Shown here: positions 11,048 through 23,061 of the stretch, in pieces
Layout of the letters: each line of letters begins with the position of its first letter
How positions within the stretch are numbered: the first letter of the stretch is position 1
Source: Thermoanaerobaculia bacterium
GTDB taxonomy: Bacteria; Acidobacteriota; Thermoanaerobaculia; UBA5066
Length of the DNA stretch: 64,000 nt
Direction of reading: 5' to 3'
Assembly (NCBI GenBank): GCA_963816185.1
Contig: CAWFJJ010000024.1
Span: 1 to 64,000, forward strand
Translations under genes and position numbers: made by a program
The notes under the pieces: model-generated
What the model was told of the DNA's origin: nothing
Seen by the model: only the letters and a program-made list of their open reading frames with translations
Databases searched by the model: none

Positions 11048-12695
11048 ATGGGAGCGCGGCAGTGGGCGGTCGTCGGTTTCTGGATTGCGCTGCCTGCATG
11101 GGCGCAGTTGCCGACCTGCAGCGTCCCAACCTGGAGCGCCTGCGATCTGGCGTTCGATCTTGAGGCCGGCGAAAATCCCGCCACGGTCCAATTGCATGGC
11201 GAGTTCCGGTCCGCCAAGCGGACATTGCTGATTCAGGCGTTCCGCGACGGCGATCGTAGATATGTCCTGCGGTTCGCGCCTACCGAGCCCGGCGAATGGG
11301 CCTATCGGCTGACCAGCAACCTGAAGCGTCTGGACGGGCAGTTGGGCAAGGCTACGGCCACCGCTTCGGACTCGCCGGGTTTTGTCAAAGTGGCGAACGT
11401 CCATCATTTTGCCTACGAAGGCACCAACAAACAGCATCTCTGGATGGCGACGGCGATCGACGATTTCGTCAAGATCCCACGCGCCGACTTCGACAGCGCT
11501 GTGACACAGAGGGTCGCTGAGAAGTTCACGCATCTGCGCGTGACCATCGCCAAGGATGCCGATCTGGACGAGGCGGCGGAACGGATTCGGGCGATCAACG
11601 CGCGGGGCGTGGTCGCGGACGTGGTTCTGGGCGGCATTCCTCCCGATAGGCAGGAGCGGGAACGATACATGACGGATATCGCGGCGACGTTTCTCCGCGT
11701 TCAACATTACCTGGATGGGCGCGCCGGCTTTCGAGAATATTCCCAACGGGAAAGCGATCCTGAAAGATGCGGGAACGCTGCTGGCGAAGCTCGATCCTTA
11801 TAATCATCCGCGAACGTCCATGGCGGAGGTGACCTCTTCGCCGCTCCTGGGCGATCAGTGGATGAGCGTTCTCAGTTACGGCACCGCCGATCCGAACGTG
11901 GGCGCGGTGGAGCACCAGTTTTACGCGATGCCGGCGGTGAACACCGGAATCCAGTCCGAGCGCGATTTGTGGAACGCCACCATGAACGGGCAGTATCCGG
12001 CCTCCGGATCGGGCAAGTATATGACGGCCTGGTTCGATTTCATGTCGGGAAATCGCTACTGGGAGCTGGAGCCTTATTTCGACGTGGATGGCGGGCGGGC
12101 GGTGGCGCTGGAAGACGTGGAGTATATCGTTTACGTCGAGAAGCCCGGGCCGGTGGAGCTGACGGTCGAGGATCACGGCTACGACGTGGTCTGGATCAAT
12201 CCGGAGACGGGCGAGCGCATCAAGGCGAAGAATTACAAAGGCAAACATTTCACCGGCGAGCCTCCCGACAAATCGCATGACTGGGTGCTGCGCGTTTCGC
12301 GCGAAGGGACCAAGGAGGGGATGCTGAGGTCCTACAAGTTCGACTCGCGGGAGGTTCCTATTCGGCTTCAGGAGATCGAGACGAATCCAGCAGAAGATGC
12401 CGTTCGAGGTGGCGACGCCCGACGGAGACATTTCGATGGCGTTGCCGCCGCCGTTATTCCTTGAAGATCACGCGCCCGACGCGCGCTACGCGGGAACTTC
12501 TGGTCGAATGGACGGCTGAGGTGGTGCTGGATGGCGAAGGTTTTCGCGTGGTGGGAACCGGCAGCAAAGGGATGATGCGTATCCCGAGCGTCGATTGTGC
12601 ACAAACTGCCCGGCACGTTGAGCCTGCGGGTGTCGATCCTGAACGCGAATGGCAAGGCGTACGCGATCGATAAAGTGTATCGGCTGGGACCGTGA
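11048..12695 (+). CDS. DUF5060/DUF4038 (apiosidase-like) domain protein, secreted (frameshifted)
   Basis: LRFAPTEPGEWAYR, HHFAYEG, DPYNHPRT and WINPETGE...DWVL motifs. Confidence 0.7.
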
Positions 12696-12758
12696 GCGAG
12701 ACGAACTGTTGCTTGGCGATCGATACCACCGAGCGAGATTCAGCGTAAGCTGGAGACT

Positions 12759-13345
12759 GTGCGCTTCTGCATCGATACGACGGCGCCGCAGTCGAGGCCG
12801 CGTGCTGGAAGAAGTCGCGCTGCATTCGCCCGACGGCTTCGCGCACGTCATGTTTCCCGAGATCGAGGCGCTGCTCGCGCGGCACAATCTCAAGATCACC
12901 GACATCGAAGGCTTTGCCGCCGCCGCGGGACCCGGATCGTTTACCGGCGTTCGCGTGGGCCTGACGGCCGCGAAAGGTCTGGCGGAAGCGACCGGCCGCA
13001 AAGTGGTCGCGGTTTCGAACTTGCAAGCCATCGCGTCCTTCGGCACGCGCGCGCTGCGCGGCTCCGGTGATCGACGCGCGGCGCGGCGACATATTCGGCG
13101 CGGTCTACGATGCGGATCTGCGGCTGGTGGCCCCCGAGGTCGTGATGAAATTCGACGACTGGCTGCGAACGTTGCCTGAGGGACGTGGAAGTGATCGACC
13201 GACGCTCCGAAACTGCTCGCCGGAGCCATCGCGCAGAATCGCCGCAGCGCGGTTCGAAGCCGGACTGGCGCAAGATCCCGCCGAGATCGACGCGAACTAC
13301 GTTCGCCGCTCCGATGCGGAATTGATGTGGCGAGATAAGGTATAA
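12759..13345 (+). CDS. tsaB: tRNA threonylcarbamoyladenosine biosynthesis protein TsaB (frameshifted)
   Basis: IDT, GPGSFTGVRVG..AKGL, IDARRG and YVR motifs. Confidence 0.9.
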
Positions 13346-13352
13346 CGATTGA

Positions 13353-14263
13353 ATGGTCGTCATCCTGGAGGCGGTTTCCGGACCGGTTTTAGGAAGGCGA
13401 ATCGAAGTGCGCGGCGGGAGCATCGTGCGCATCGGGCGCACGGGCAAATCCGACTATCCCGATCGCCGAAGACGGATACCTTTCTGGCCTGCACTTTGCG
13501 GTGGAATGCGACGGAACGCAGTGCCGCATCCGCGACCTCGGTTCGAGCAACGGAACCTTCGTAAACGGATCGCGCGTTACCGAACAAGTGGTTCAGGAAG
13601 GCGATTCCGTGGTGGCGGGCGGATCCACGTTTTGCGTTCACGTCGACCTGCTGCCCTCGATCACCGGCGGTCGGGATGCCCAGGGCGGCAACGGCGCCGA
13701 CGCCGCTCGCGGTCGCGACCAAGGTCATGAGCGAGCCCGCAGCCGCCGGAGAGCTGGATACTCGCCCGCGGAAACGGCGTTGTTGAGCGCGATGTACGTC
13801 GCCCGGCGAGGAAGTATTCGCGGTGGTGGACGCATCGCGCGATTCGCGCATCCCGGCGTTTCTGGATGCCGCCGGCGAGATGTACACGCCTTGGAATCGT
13901 CGAAGAGCGCGCCGGTTTCTGGTCGCGCTGCCGGCCGATTCTCGCCTGGTGCACGTGCTGATCAAGGACGGATGGGGCCGCGGCTGGGGGTTTTACGGAA
14001 CGTCCAAGGCCAGCCTGGAGACCGTTCGCGCGCATTTCACCAGCTTCGTGAGTCTGCAGACGTCTTCCGGAGCGGCCATGACCTTCCGCTTCTGGGACCC
14101 GCGCGTGTTGCGGGCGATGGTGCCCGCGATGCCGCCGGAAGAAGCCGACGCGTTCTTCGGGCCGTGCGAGAGGATCATCGTGGAAGCGGAAAAACCGACC
14201 ATGGCGCTGGAGTTTTCGCGGTCGCCAGGGCGACCCCGGCAGCAGACCATCGTGCTGGGTTAA
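13353..14263 (+). CDS. FHA domain fused to DUF4123 domain (frameshifted)
   Basis: RIGR..S..H..RDLGSSNGTFVNG (FHA); VDASRD, GWGRGWG and FRFWDPRVLR (DUF4123). Confidence 0.8.
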
Positions 14264-14273
14264 CTTAAAAAGC

Positions 14274-14958
14274 TTAGAAGTGCTGCTTTAAATCCGCGAA
14301 GCGCTCGACTCGCAGGAATCGCGCGCCGGGCGGGGTGCGCAGCTCCTGATGCTCCAGCACCCAGGTGCGGGCGTGGGGCACCAGCACAGCTCCCAAACCC
14401 GCCTCGAGCGCGGGATTGATGTCGGACTTGGGCGAATTGCCGATCATCCACGTTTTCGCCGCGGAGAACGCGTTCTCCGCTATCAGACGGGAGTAAGCCC
14501 GCGAATCTTTTTCCTTCACGATCGCGGTGTAGGAGAAATGGCGGCCCAGGCCGGAGCGGTCGACCTTCATGCGCTGCTCATCGGGATGGCCTTTGGTGAA
14601 CAGCGCCAGTTGATGCCGCTGGGCGAGTTCTTCGAGCGTTTCTTCCACGCCTTCGATCAGCTCGATGGGCTGCTCCAGAATGCGCTCGGCCAGCGACATC
14701 ACGTGCTCCAGGTCGTCGGGCCGGATTTCCCGCTCGGCCAAGTGCTGGTAGGCCTGCTGCAGGTTGCGGCCGAAATTGCGCGATCCGTAGCCGTGGATCT
14801 TGGAATTCACCAGCTCGATTTCATTGAGCACGTCGCGGATCTGCGGCGGCGGTCAGCGAGGAATGCGCCAGAAACTCCACGAAATCGTCGAACGCGCTCT
14901 CGAAGTAGATATTGTTTTCCCAGAGCGTGTCGTCCGCGTCGAAAATAAGGACACTCAT
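14274..14958 (-). CDS. HAD-family hydrolase (frameshifted)
   Basis: LIFDADDTLWENN motif I, TKG and MIGNSPKSDINP motifs. Confidence 0.88.
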
Positions 14959-15579
14959 TCGGGTTTGTGGTGGGCGTGGCCGTTGCTGCCGGCGACGTTC
15001 TTGGTGTGTTGAATCTTCCTGCGGCGCTCCAGGAATCCCGGCAGGAAGCCGGCGATCTGGCGCATTCGCTCGGCTTCGCTGCGCATGGTCAGCAGGGTCT
15101 GGCGGAACCCCAGGTCGGGCACTTCCTGGGCCAGGCGAAAGCTCAGGCGTGGATCACCCTGTTTGGGTCGTTACTGTTGAGCGATTGCAGCTCGCTGAAT
15201 CCGGCGATCACGTTTCGTGAGCAGGTCCGGATCCGCGCGGCTCGGATCGGATCGGGCTCATCATCGTCAAAGAATTCGACGGCCCCGCGCAAGAAGGATC
15301 GCTCGTCGTTCAGCAGCAGCACTTCGAAGCGGCGCCGGCCGCGGGTCAGGATATCCAGCCGTCCATCGGGATACTCTTTCAACACGCGGTCCACCGTGGC
15401 CTGCAGCCGGTATTGACGATGCCTTTTTCGCTGGCCAGAACCACGCCGAACTCGAGCTTATCGCGCAGCACTTCCCCGATCATTTCCTTATAGCGGTCCT
15501 CGAAAATATGGAGAGGGAGCTGCGATCCCGGAAGCAACACAACCTGAAGTGGAAACAACGGCAGCAAGCCGTCCTGCAT
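14955..15579 (-). CDS. LON peptidase substrate-binding domain protein (frameshifted)
   Basis: LPLFPLQVVLLPG..LPLHIFEDRYK and YPDGRLDI..RG..RF motifs. Confidence 0.88.
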
Positions 15580-15614
15580 GTTACTATTATGGCGTTGGAT
15601 CTGTTTTCAGCGCG

Positions 15615-16154
15615 ATGATTCTTAAGCTCAAGCGAACGCCGGGAATTTTTCTGGTGGGGTTCATGGGAAGCGGCAAATCCACGGTCGGCCGCGCGCTGGC
15701 CGAAGAGCTCGGCTGGGGATTCGCCGATCTGGATGAAGACATCGAGAAGCGCGAAGGCATGTCCATCAGCCAGATTTTCGATACCCGCGGGGAAGCGGAG
15801 TTCCGGCAAGCCGAGACGGCCGCGCTGCAGGAACGCGTGCGCCTGATCGAGCGCGGGAAGCCGTGCGTGATCGCCCTCGGCGGCGGGGCTTTCTTGAGCG
15901 AAGAGAATTTCGAGATCGTCTCGAACAACGGCGTCAGCGTGTGGCTGGATTGTCCGTTTTCGACGGTCGAGCGGCGGTTGGCGGGGCAACACGTGGAATA
16001 AACCATCGTCCGCTGGCGCGCGATCCGGAAAAGCTGCGGGAGTTGTTCGCCGTGCGCCGCGCAGGGTACGAGCGCGCCGATTACTGCGTTCGCGGTGGAG
16101 AACGACGACGCGGCCGCGACGACCGCGAAAATCCTGGCGCTGCCGCTGTTTTAG
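15615..16154 (+). CDS. aroK: Shikimate kinase (frameshifted near 3' end)
   Basis: GFMGSGKSTVG Walker A, DLD..IE, GE..FR..E, LGGG and RPL motifs. Confidence 0.92.
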
Positions 16155-16242
16155 GAAAATGGGGACAGCCAGCCGATTTCGGCGTGCCGTACCGGACAGG
16201 GAAGCGATCGTTCTTCGAAATCGGAGGCAGTCCCCATTTTCC
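16154..16242. repeat. Long inverted-repeat (REP/MITE-like) element with GGGGAC core
   Basis: Arms GGAAAATGGGGACAGCCAGCCGATTTCG and CGAAATCGGAGGCAGTCCCCATTTTCC, between aroK and glycerate kinase. Confidence 0.75.
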
Positions 16243-16246
16243 GGTA

Positions 16247-17504
16247 ATGCGTAAACACGCTCTCCAGATCTTTCGCGCGGCGCTGGATGCGGCCGATCCT
16301 TACGCGGCGGTTCTGCGGCATCTGAAATTTGACGGGCGCACGCTGATCGCGGGCCGCCGCCGGTACCGGATGGCCGATTTCGATCGCATTCAGGTGATCG
16401 GAGCGGGGAAAGCCAGCGCCGCGATGGCTCGCGCGGTGGAGCACGTTCTGGGGCGGTTCATCAAAGGCGGAATCGTCAATGTGCCCGACGGAACGGCACG
16501 CCAAGCTGCGGCGAATCGAGCTAAACCAGGCTGGCCATCCGATTCCGGATGAGCGCGGCCAGCAGGGAGCGCAGCGGATTCTCGAAATCGCGCGAGAAGC
16601 TGGGCCGCGGGATCTGCTCATTTGCGTGATCTCGGGCGGCGCGTCGGCGTTGATGCCCGCACCGTCTCCGCTGCTGACTCTGGCCGCCAAGCAGGAGATC
16701 ACGCGCAAATTGCTGCAACGCGGGCGCGACGATCCACGAGCTCAATACAGTCCGCAAGCATCTGAGTCTGATCAAGGGCGGACAGCTCGCTGCCGCGGCA
16801 TCTCCGGCGTGTGTGCTTAGCCTGATCCTCTCGGATGTGATCGGGGACGATCTGGATGTGATCGGGTCAGGACCGACGGTCGGAGATTCGTCCACGGTGG
16901 CAGCAGGCGGAGTCCGTGCTGCGAAAGTTTGGTGTTTCCGTTCCCGCGGGCGTTCTTCTCGAAACGCCGAAAGCTACGCAGGCGCAGAACCTGATCTTTA
17001 ATTGATCATCGGCAGCAACCGGCTGGCGATGGATGCGGCGGCTGCGAAGGCCAAGGATCTGGGATATCGCACGCTGGTGCTCTCGAGTTCGGTGGACGGA
17101 GAGACGCGCGAGATCGCACGAATGCACGCGGCCATCGTGAAGGAAATCCTGACGGCAGGGCGGCCCGTGCGTCGTCCGGCGTGTCTGCTTTCGGGCGGCG
17201 AGACGACGGTCACGGTGCGCGGCAAAGGGACTCGGCGGACGGAATCAGGAATTCGTTCTGGCGGCGGCGATCGCGCTGGAGGGTTTCGGTCCTGCGACGA
17301 TTTTCAGCGCGGGCACCGATGGTCTGGATGGTCCCACGGATGCGGCGGGGGCGATCGCGGATGAAAGAACGCCGCTGGCGGACGCGCGCCGAATTCCTGG
17401 ACAACAACGACTCGTATCACTTCTTCGAGAAGCTGGACGCGTTGGTCAAAACCGGTCCGACGGGAACCAACGTCATGGACGTGCGGATTCTGCTGGTTCC
17501 GTGA
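16247..17504 (+). CDS. Glycerate kinase type 2 (DUF4147/MOFRL) (frameshifted)
   Basis: [44 protein letters not shown] and [10 protein letters not shown] motifs. Confidence 0.92.
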
Positions 17505-17594
17505 ATGGAGCAGGCGCCACGCCTGCACGGGCTAGCCGCGCTGGGTCGAAGTCGGACTTGAGGCCCGCCCGTCAGGGCTGGAGACCTACCACAC
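17505..17594. repeat. Degenerate REP doublet between convergent genes
   Basis: ATGGA-GCAGGCG-CCA-CGCCTGC hairpin and an inverted partner GTCAGGGCTGGAGACCTACCACAC. Confidence 0.4.
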
Positions 17595-17597
17595 GAG

Positions 17598-19006
17598 CTA
17601 CTGCTCGACCGGCTGCGGCGGTTTAGCCGCAGCTGGCGACACACTATCGCTAGCCGAAGCCGACCGCACCAACACCTGGCCGTCGGTCGAAATATTCACG
17701 GACGGTCCGCCGTTGGAGCCGCGCAAGGTAGCGCCCCGGCGGCCCATCGGTTCCAGCTTCAGCGGCGCGCCGAACTCGTTTTCCACCGAACCGAGTCTGC
17801 TGGTGGCGGTCAGATCGAATTTGGCGGACAGCCGGCAGCGCCAGCTCGATGTGACCGGTGCGGCTGCGGACGTCCATTTTCGCCAGCGGGAGCAGGCCGG
17901 GCCGCAAGTCCACGTCGCCTCCGTTCAGATTGATGTCGAGCGAATTGGTGAAATTCGCGAGGCTCACGTCCCACGACCGCGAAGACGTCATCCGCACCGG
18001 ACCGGTCAGATCGGACGCGTTCAGATTACCCAGCGTGACGCGCATATCGGTCACCTTCTCGGCGGAAAACTCGGTATAGGGGGTGACGATCCGCAGCGGC
18101 TTGGCGAGATTGTGAAGCTGCGAGTTTCCGGTAAACGTGCCGTTGATGGTGACCGGCCCGGCGATGTCCTGCAGGTCGATATCGGAACCGCGGCCCTTCA
18201 ACTCCACCGATCCTTTGACTTTGGCCGCGCGCAGGATGTCGCTGCCGCGCACCTCCACCATCACGTCGCCCCCGATGTCTTCCAGGCGCACGCTGGCATT
18301 ATCGGAGTTGACGTCGATGGAGCCATTGACGCCGCTGATATCGAAATCGCCCGAGCGGCCGTGCGCTTCAATGGTGGCTCCTTTGGGAACCACGATCTCC
18401 AGGTCGGCCGACATGCGGCGGTTGCCGCCGGAAACCCGGTTCTGCCAGGTGCGAACGTGGATTTCGTTGGGATCTCCATCCACTTCGAGCGGCGCTTCCT
18501 GATTGGCGCGATCCGCGGAAGCCTGGTCCAGGCTGCGAATGGTGGAATGGCCGGTCACTTTCACGGTCTGGACATCGGCGCCGGTGATGCGGGCATTGCC
18601 GCGAAAACTCTCGAGGATCACGCGCGGGGCTTTGGTCGAGGGTTTCTCGGCGGCGACCGGGTAGTCGTAACTCTCGCCGAAGATATCCAGGCCTCCCAGT
18701 TCAATCCGGCTGCCCGGTCAGCCAGGGGGAGAATCCACGTACGGCGTGCAGGCTCACGCCGAGAAAGCACAGGAAGATGACCAGCACCCATTCGCCGCTG
18801 CTGATGCCGTGCGAGGGAAGCGAACGGGAGGTGGCCGCCCAGAACAGGATCTCGATCAGCCGCAAGCCGCCCCACACGACCAGAAGCAGCGGCCAGTACC
18901 TGGCCAGATAGTCCAGCAGCTGCATCTCGGGAAAAACGTTGCGGGCCAGGAACAAAAGCCCGATGCCGATCAGCAACAGGGGCGCGACCAAGGAAGCTCG
19001 TCTCAT
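17598..19006 (-). CDS. LiaF-like TM (DUF5668) + DUF4097 beta-strand repeat protein (frameshifted)
   Basis: [23 protein letters not shown] motif followed by adhesin-like SGD/NG beta repeats. Confidence 0.8.
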
Positions 19007-19224
19007 AGGTTTCTGGCTCCCGGGTCGTTTGGATTAAAGGGGGGCGGGGCGGCGTCTTTAGGTCCCAGATGTTCGGCCAGCTTGAACAGTCCGAACAGGA
19101 TCAGCAGCACCGGCCAGGTGCGCGAGAAACTCATCCGGTCGAGCTGATCGGCGGCCATCAGCAGCCCCAGCGCGACCAGCAGCACGGGTCCTCGAATCGC
19201 CACAAGAAAACTACCGCCGGTCAT
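19003..19224 (-). CDS. Small LiaI-LiaF-like membrane protein
   Basis: GPVLLVALGLL..TWPVLLILFG; ATGA overlaps with neighbours. Confidence 0.8.
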   Translation of the reverse strand: MTGGSFLVAIRGPVLLVALGLLMAADQLDRMSFSRTWPVLLILFGLFKLAEHLGPKDAAPPPFNPNDPGARNL

Positions 19225-19900
19225 TGATTCACCCCCGAGGAATTTCCGGTCATCCGCAGATACAGCATGTAGAGACCCAGCGCGATCAGCATCACCGGCC
19301 AGTACTTGAGCATGCGCCGGAGCTCGAAGAGTTCGAGATTGTTCAGCAGGAACACCACGCCCAGAGCGATCAGCAGAATGGGCGCTACCGGGAACCGCGA
19401 TCCGCCGTGGCCCGGCACCAGGCTGGAGAATTCGTCCACCGGCTGGCCCATCTGGCGGAGCTTGGCGGTGTGGTACGCCTCAAACGCCATGTACGCCCAG
19501 AATCCCGGGATCAGCACTCCAAACAGCGGCTCGAATCCGCCGACATCGTTGCTGCCGACAATCGTGAACAGCATCCCCAGGATGAAAACATGGATCAGGC
19601 CCTTGGCGTACTGGCCGTTATAGATCGCGCCGACTCCCGGGATCAGCCCCAGGACAAAAGCGACTCCCGGAGACACGTCGGAGTGCGGAATCGGAGGCGG
19701 CTTGCGGAATAGCTGTATAAGGGCTGGCGTAAGGAGAATCGCTTGGCTGGGAAGATGGGTTCGGCAGGCACGTGCTCGGCGCAGTAGATGGTCCCGTGCG
19801 CGGTATGGACGCTGGCCGCATCGAGCGCTTTTCCGCAGGCCCGGCAATAGCCGACGATGGGGGTTTCGGGTGGAATCGAAGGAGGGGCTTCCGGGTTCAT
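19221..19900 (-). CDS. B-box-like zinc finger + TM2-like + DUF5668 membrane protein (frameshifted)
   Basis: YCRACGKAL..YCAEH, LGLIPGVGAIYNGQYAKG and YWPVMLIALG motifs. Confidence 0.8.
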
Positions 19901-20480
19901 TTCGTTTCTCCTGCGGGACTGCGGGTGGCTGCGGTTGTGACGGCCGGCTGCTCATCGGCCCATTCCTTGAGCCGGGTTTGGATTTCGTAGACGACCTTCA
20001 GGCTGTCGTAATACTTCACGCCGCGGTTATACCAGCGGACCACGCGATCCTCCGCCGCGGTCCAGACTTTCACCGGATCGAGGTCGGCGGGCGTCAGTTG
20101 GCGCACATTCGTAAAGCGGCCGATCATGGCGAAGGACAGGACGGTCATCGCCATGCCCATGGCGAATCTCGGCTGCAGCACCGGCTCGCAGCACTCCTCC
20201 AAACAACCGGCCGAACAGGCGGCGAGCCAGCGAAGGCTTGATGATGGCGTGGCTGGGTCCCGCGGTCACCTCGAACAGGATGCGCGTGACCAGTTCGGCA
20301 GGCGCGTCGACTGCCGAGGCGCGCTCCATGAAGGCGACTGCTCCGGCGGAATCGCGAGCCAGTTCCGCGCAGGCCGCGCATCCGGCCAGGTGGGCTTCGA
20401 GGGCGGACTTCTCCTCAGCCTGGGCGCGAGCGTTCCGTCCACGTAGTCGGCCAGCAGGATTTCTACATCCCGCAGTTCAC
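19897..20480 (-). CDS. zf-HC2 anti-sigma factor (frameshifted)
   Basis: C..VEILLADYVDGTL, HxxxCxxC and a TM segment QPRFAMGMAMT. Confidence 0.8.
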
Positions 20481-20489
20481 AACATTCCT

Positions 20490-21184
20490 TTAAAGGCACT
20501 GAGCCCTTGTAATGCTTGAGGATCCGCCCCAGTTCGGCGCGGCCCCGATTCAATCTCGACTTCACTGTGCCTTCCGGCACATTCAGCACCTGAGCGATTT
20601 CCCGGTATTCCAGCTCTTCCAGATCGCGCAGGATCACGGTTTCGCGCAAATCCGGCGAAAGCTTCTGCAGCGCGGCCTGCAGGACCTCGCTCGCTTCCCG
20701 CCCGGCCAGCAACCCTTCGGTCCGGCCCATGGAAGCGGTTTTTTCCTCCAGCATCGGCAACTGCTCTTCGATCGAGCTGCTGGCGCGCTCCAGCTTGCTA
20801 CGACGGTAATGATCGATCAACAGATTACGCGTCAGCCGGGAAAGCCACACCGCAAACGAACCCTCGCCGGCCCGGAAGCTTTTGAGCGACCGGAACACGC
20901 GCAGGAAGACGTCCTGGGTGAGGTCCTGGGCTTCGTGATCCGAGCCGGTGAACCGGTAACAGATCGCGTACACACGCCGGGTATGGACTTTGACCAGGTC
21001 CTCCCAGGCGGCCTCCTCGCCGCCCAGGCAGCGCTCGACCAGTTGAGTGTCTGCGTCCAAGAGCCGTCCCAGGATCTCACGAGGCTCGCGAAATCCGACC
21101 CGATATCCGGCTCCAAAGCGATCCCTCTCCGGCGGCCGAGCGGCTGGGCGTGGTAACCTGTCGGACTGTAGCGATTGCCGCCAT
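20490..21184 (-). CDS. ECF RNA polymerase sigma factor
   Basis: AQDLTQDVFLRVF, WLSRLTRNLLIDHYRR and YREIAQVLNVPEGTVKSRLNRGR; start and end approximate because of frameshifts. Confidence 0.9.
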
Positions 21185-21380
21185 GGCGTTGCGTCGTGCG
21201 AACGAATCCTTGTGTCTCGATATGTTCCCGGATACCGTACTCGTTTATGAGGTTCCACATATGAGAACGAAATCCCCGCATGGAAAGTTCGCTCTACATT
21301 CTATCCACATGCGAGGGTATGGCGGGGCCGAGCATGATCGAAGTCGATCCGGGACGTCCGAAGGGAGCAGCTGTAAGAGA

Positions 21381-22429
21381 TTGAAAAAGCAACACGTGGG
21401 CGCCGGGCTGGGAGTTCTCGCGATCCTCGCCGCCGTGCTGTTCGTGGTCTACCGCTGGCGCCATTCCGGTTTCGTCTGGGAGAAGTTCGCGGCCGTCTTC
21501 AGCGACGTCGACTGGAGCTGGCTGTCGCTGGCCCTGGCGCTGATCCTGGCGACCTACGTCGGCCGCGCCCTGCGCTGGGAGATCATGCTGCGGCCTTTGA
21601 CCAAGGGGGTCCGCCTGTGGGGCCTGGTGGTGGCCACCTGCATCGGATTCACCGCAGTGGTGCTGTTTGGCCGCGCGGGCGAGCCGGTTCGCCCCTATCT
21701 CATCGCCCGGAAGGAGGGCGTGTCGTTCTCGAGCCAGGTGGCCGCCTGGCTGGTGGAGCGCATTCTGGACCTGCTGATGGTCCTGCTGATCTTCGGCATC
21801 GCCCTGACGCAGATATCGCGCAGCGGAATCCAGCCCGGGCCGCACATCCAATCGGCGCTGCAGGCCGCGGGCTGCTGGCGGGAATCACCGGGGCGCTATC
21901 CTTGGCCTTGCTGCTGGGGCTTCGGTACTTCCGCGGAAGCGTCCGGACCCGGCTGATGGATTCCCTATCGTTCCTGCCGGAAGCGCTGCATCAGAAAGTC
22001 GCCCGATTCCTGCATGCCTTCGAAGAAGGGATGCAATCCACGCCAGCGCCAGTCCTACGTCTGGCTGCTGGTGACTTACACGGTCATCGAGTGGCTGGTG
22101 ATCGCGGGATGTTTTTTCTGCGTCTTCCGGGCGTTTCCGGCTACGGCGGGATGCGTATTACGGATGTAATCATCGCGTTAGGCTTTGTTGCCTTTGGGAG
22201 CGTCCTGCAGATACCGGGGGTGGGCGGCGGCATGCAGATCGCGACGGTTCTGGTGCTGACCGAGCTCTATGGGGTCAGCCTGGAGGAGGCCAGCGGAATC
22301 GCATTGGTGCTTTGGATCATCACATTCGTAGTGATTGTGCCGCTGGGGCTGGTTCTGGCGTTCCATGAAGGAATCAAGTGGCGTAGTTTAAGACATATAG
22401 ACTCGTCTTCCTCAGGCTACGAATTATGA
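21381..22429 (+). CDS. Lysylphosphatidylglycerol synthase TM (UPF0104 flippase-like) protein (frameshifted)
   Basis: RALRW..L, GRAGEPVR, ERILD and PGVGG motifs; many TM helices. Confidence 0.85.
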
Positions 22430-22944
22430 CTTGCCCGTTCTGCCGCCATCGCCAGGACCGGGTGATCGACTCCCGCGAGAGCAAAGAAGGCGACCTGATC
22501 CGCCGCCGTCGGGAGTGTCTGAAGTGCCTGCGCCGGTTCACCACCTACGAGCGCAGCGACGAGATTCCCTACATGGTGGTGAAGAGGGACGGCCGGCGGG
22601 AGCGCTTCGACCGCCAAAAGGTGCTGGAAGGGCTGCTAAGAGCTTGTGAGAAAAGGCCGGTACCCATCGCCAAGCTGGCGGAAGTGGTGGATGCCGTCGA
22701 GTCGGCGCTGGCCGAGAACCCGGAACGCGAGGTTTCGACGACAGCGATCGGGGAACTGGTGTTGGAGCGCCTGAAGAAGCTGGATAAGATCGCCTATGTG
22801 CGGTTTGCTTCGGTTTACAAGGACTTTCAGGACGCGGAATCCTTCCTGGTGGAGCTGAAGGACCTGTTCCAGGACGGAAATGAGCTCGTTGCGAGTCCTG
22901 GCAAGCCTGTAACCAAAAGCGATTTCAAGCATCTTTTGAAATAG
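22426..22944 (+). CDS. nrdR: Transcriptional repressor NrdR
   Basis: CPFC..VIDSR..IRRRRECLKC..RFTTYE zinc ribbon, ATP cone, AYVRFASVY. Confidence 0.97.
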   Translation: MTCPFCRHRQDRVIDSRESKEGDLIRRRRECLKCLRRFTTYERSDEIPYMVVKRDGRRERFDRQKVLEGLLRACEKRPVPIAKLAEVVDAVESALAENPEREVSTTAIGELVLERLKKLDKIAYVRFASVYKDFQDAESFLVELKDLFQDGNELVASPGKPVTKSDFKHLLK

Positions 22945-23061
22945 AGACTTAACTTAATTTCGGAAGACTGATATACTGGATGCGGCTTCGACGCCAAGGC
23001 AGGAATTGCATACACTACCGTTGGGTCTAGCTAAGTCTTTGGAAAACAAGGTGTTTATAGT

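Noticed and set aside
13353-14263. T6SS gene cluster
   Set aside because: Only the FHA-DUF4123 gene is present; its neighbours are housekeeping genes.
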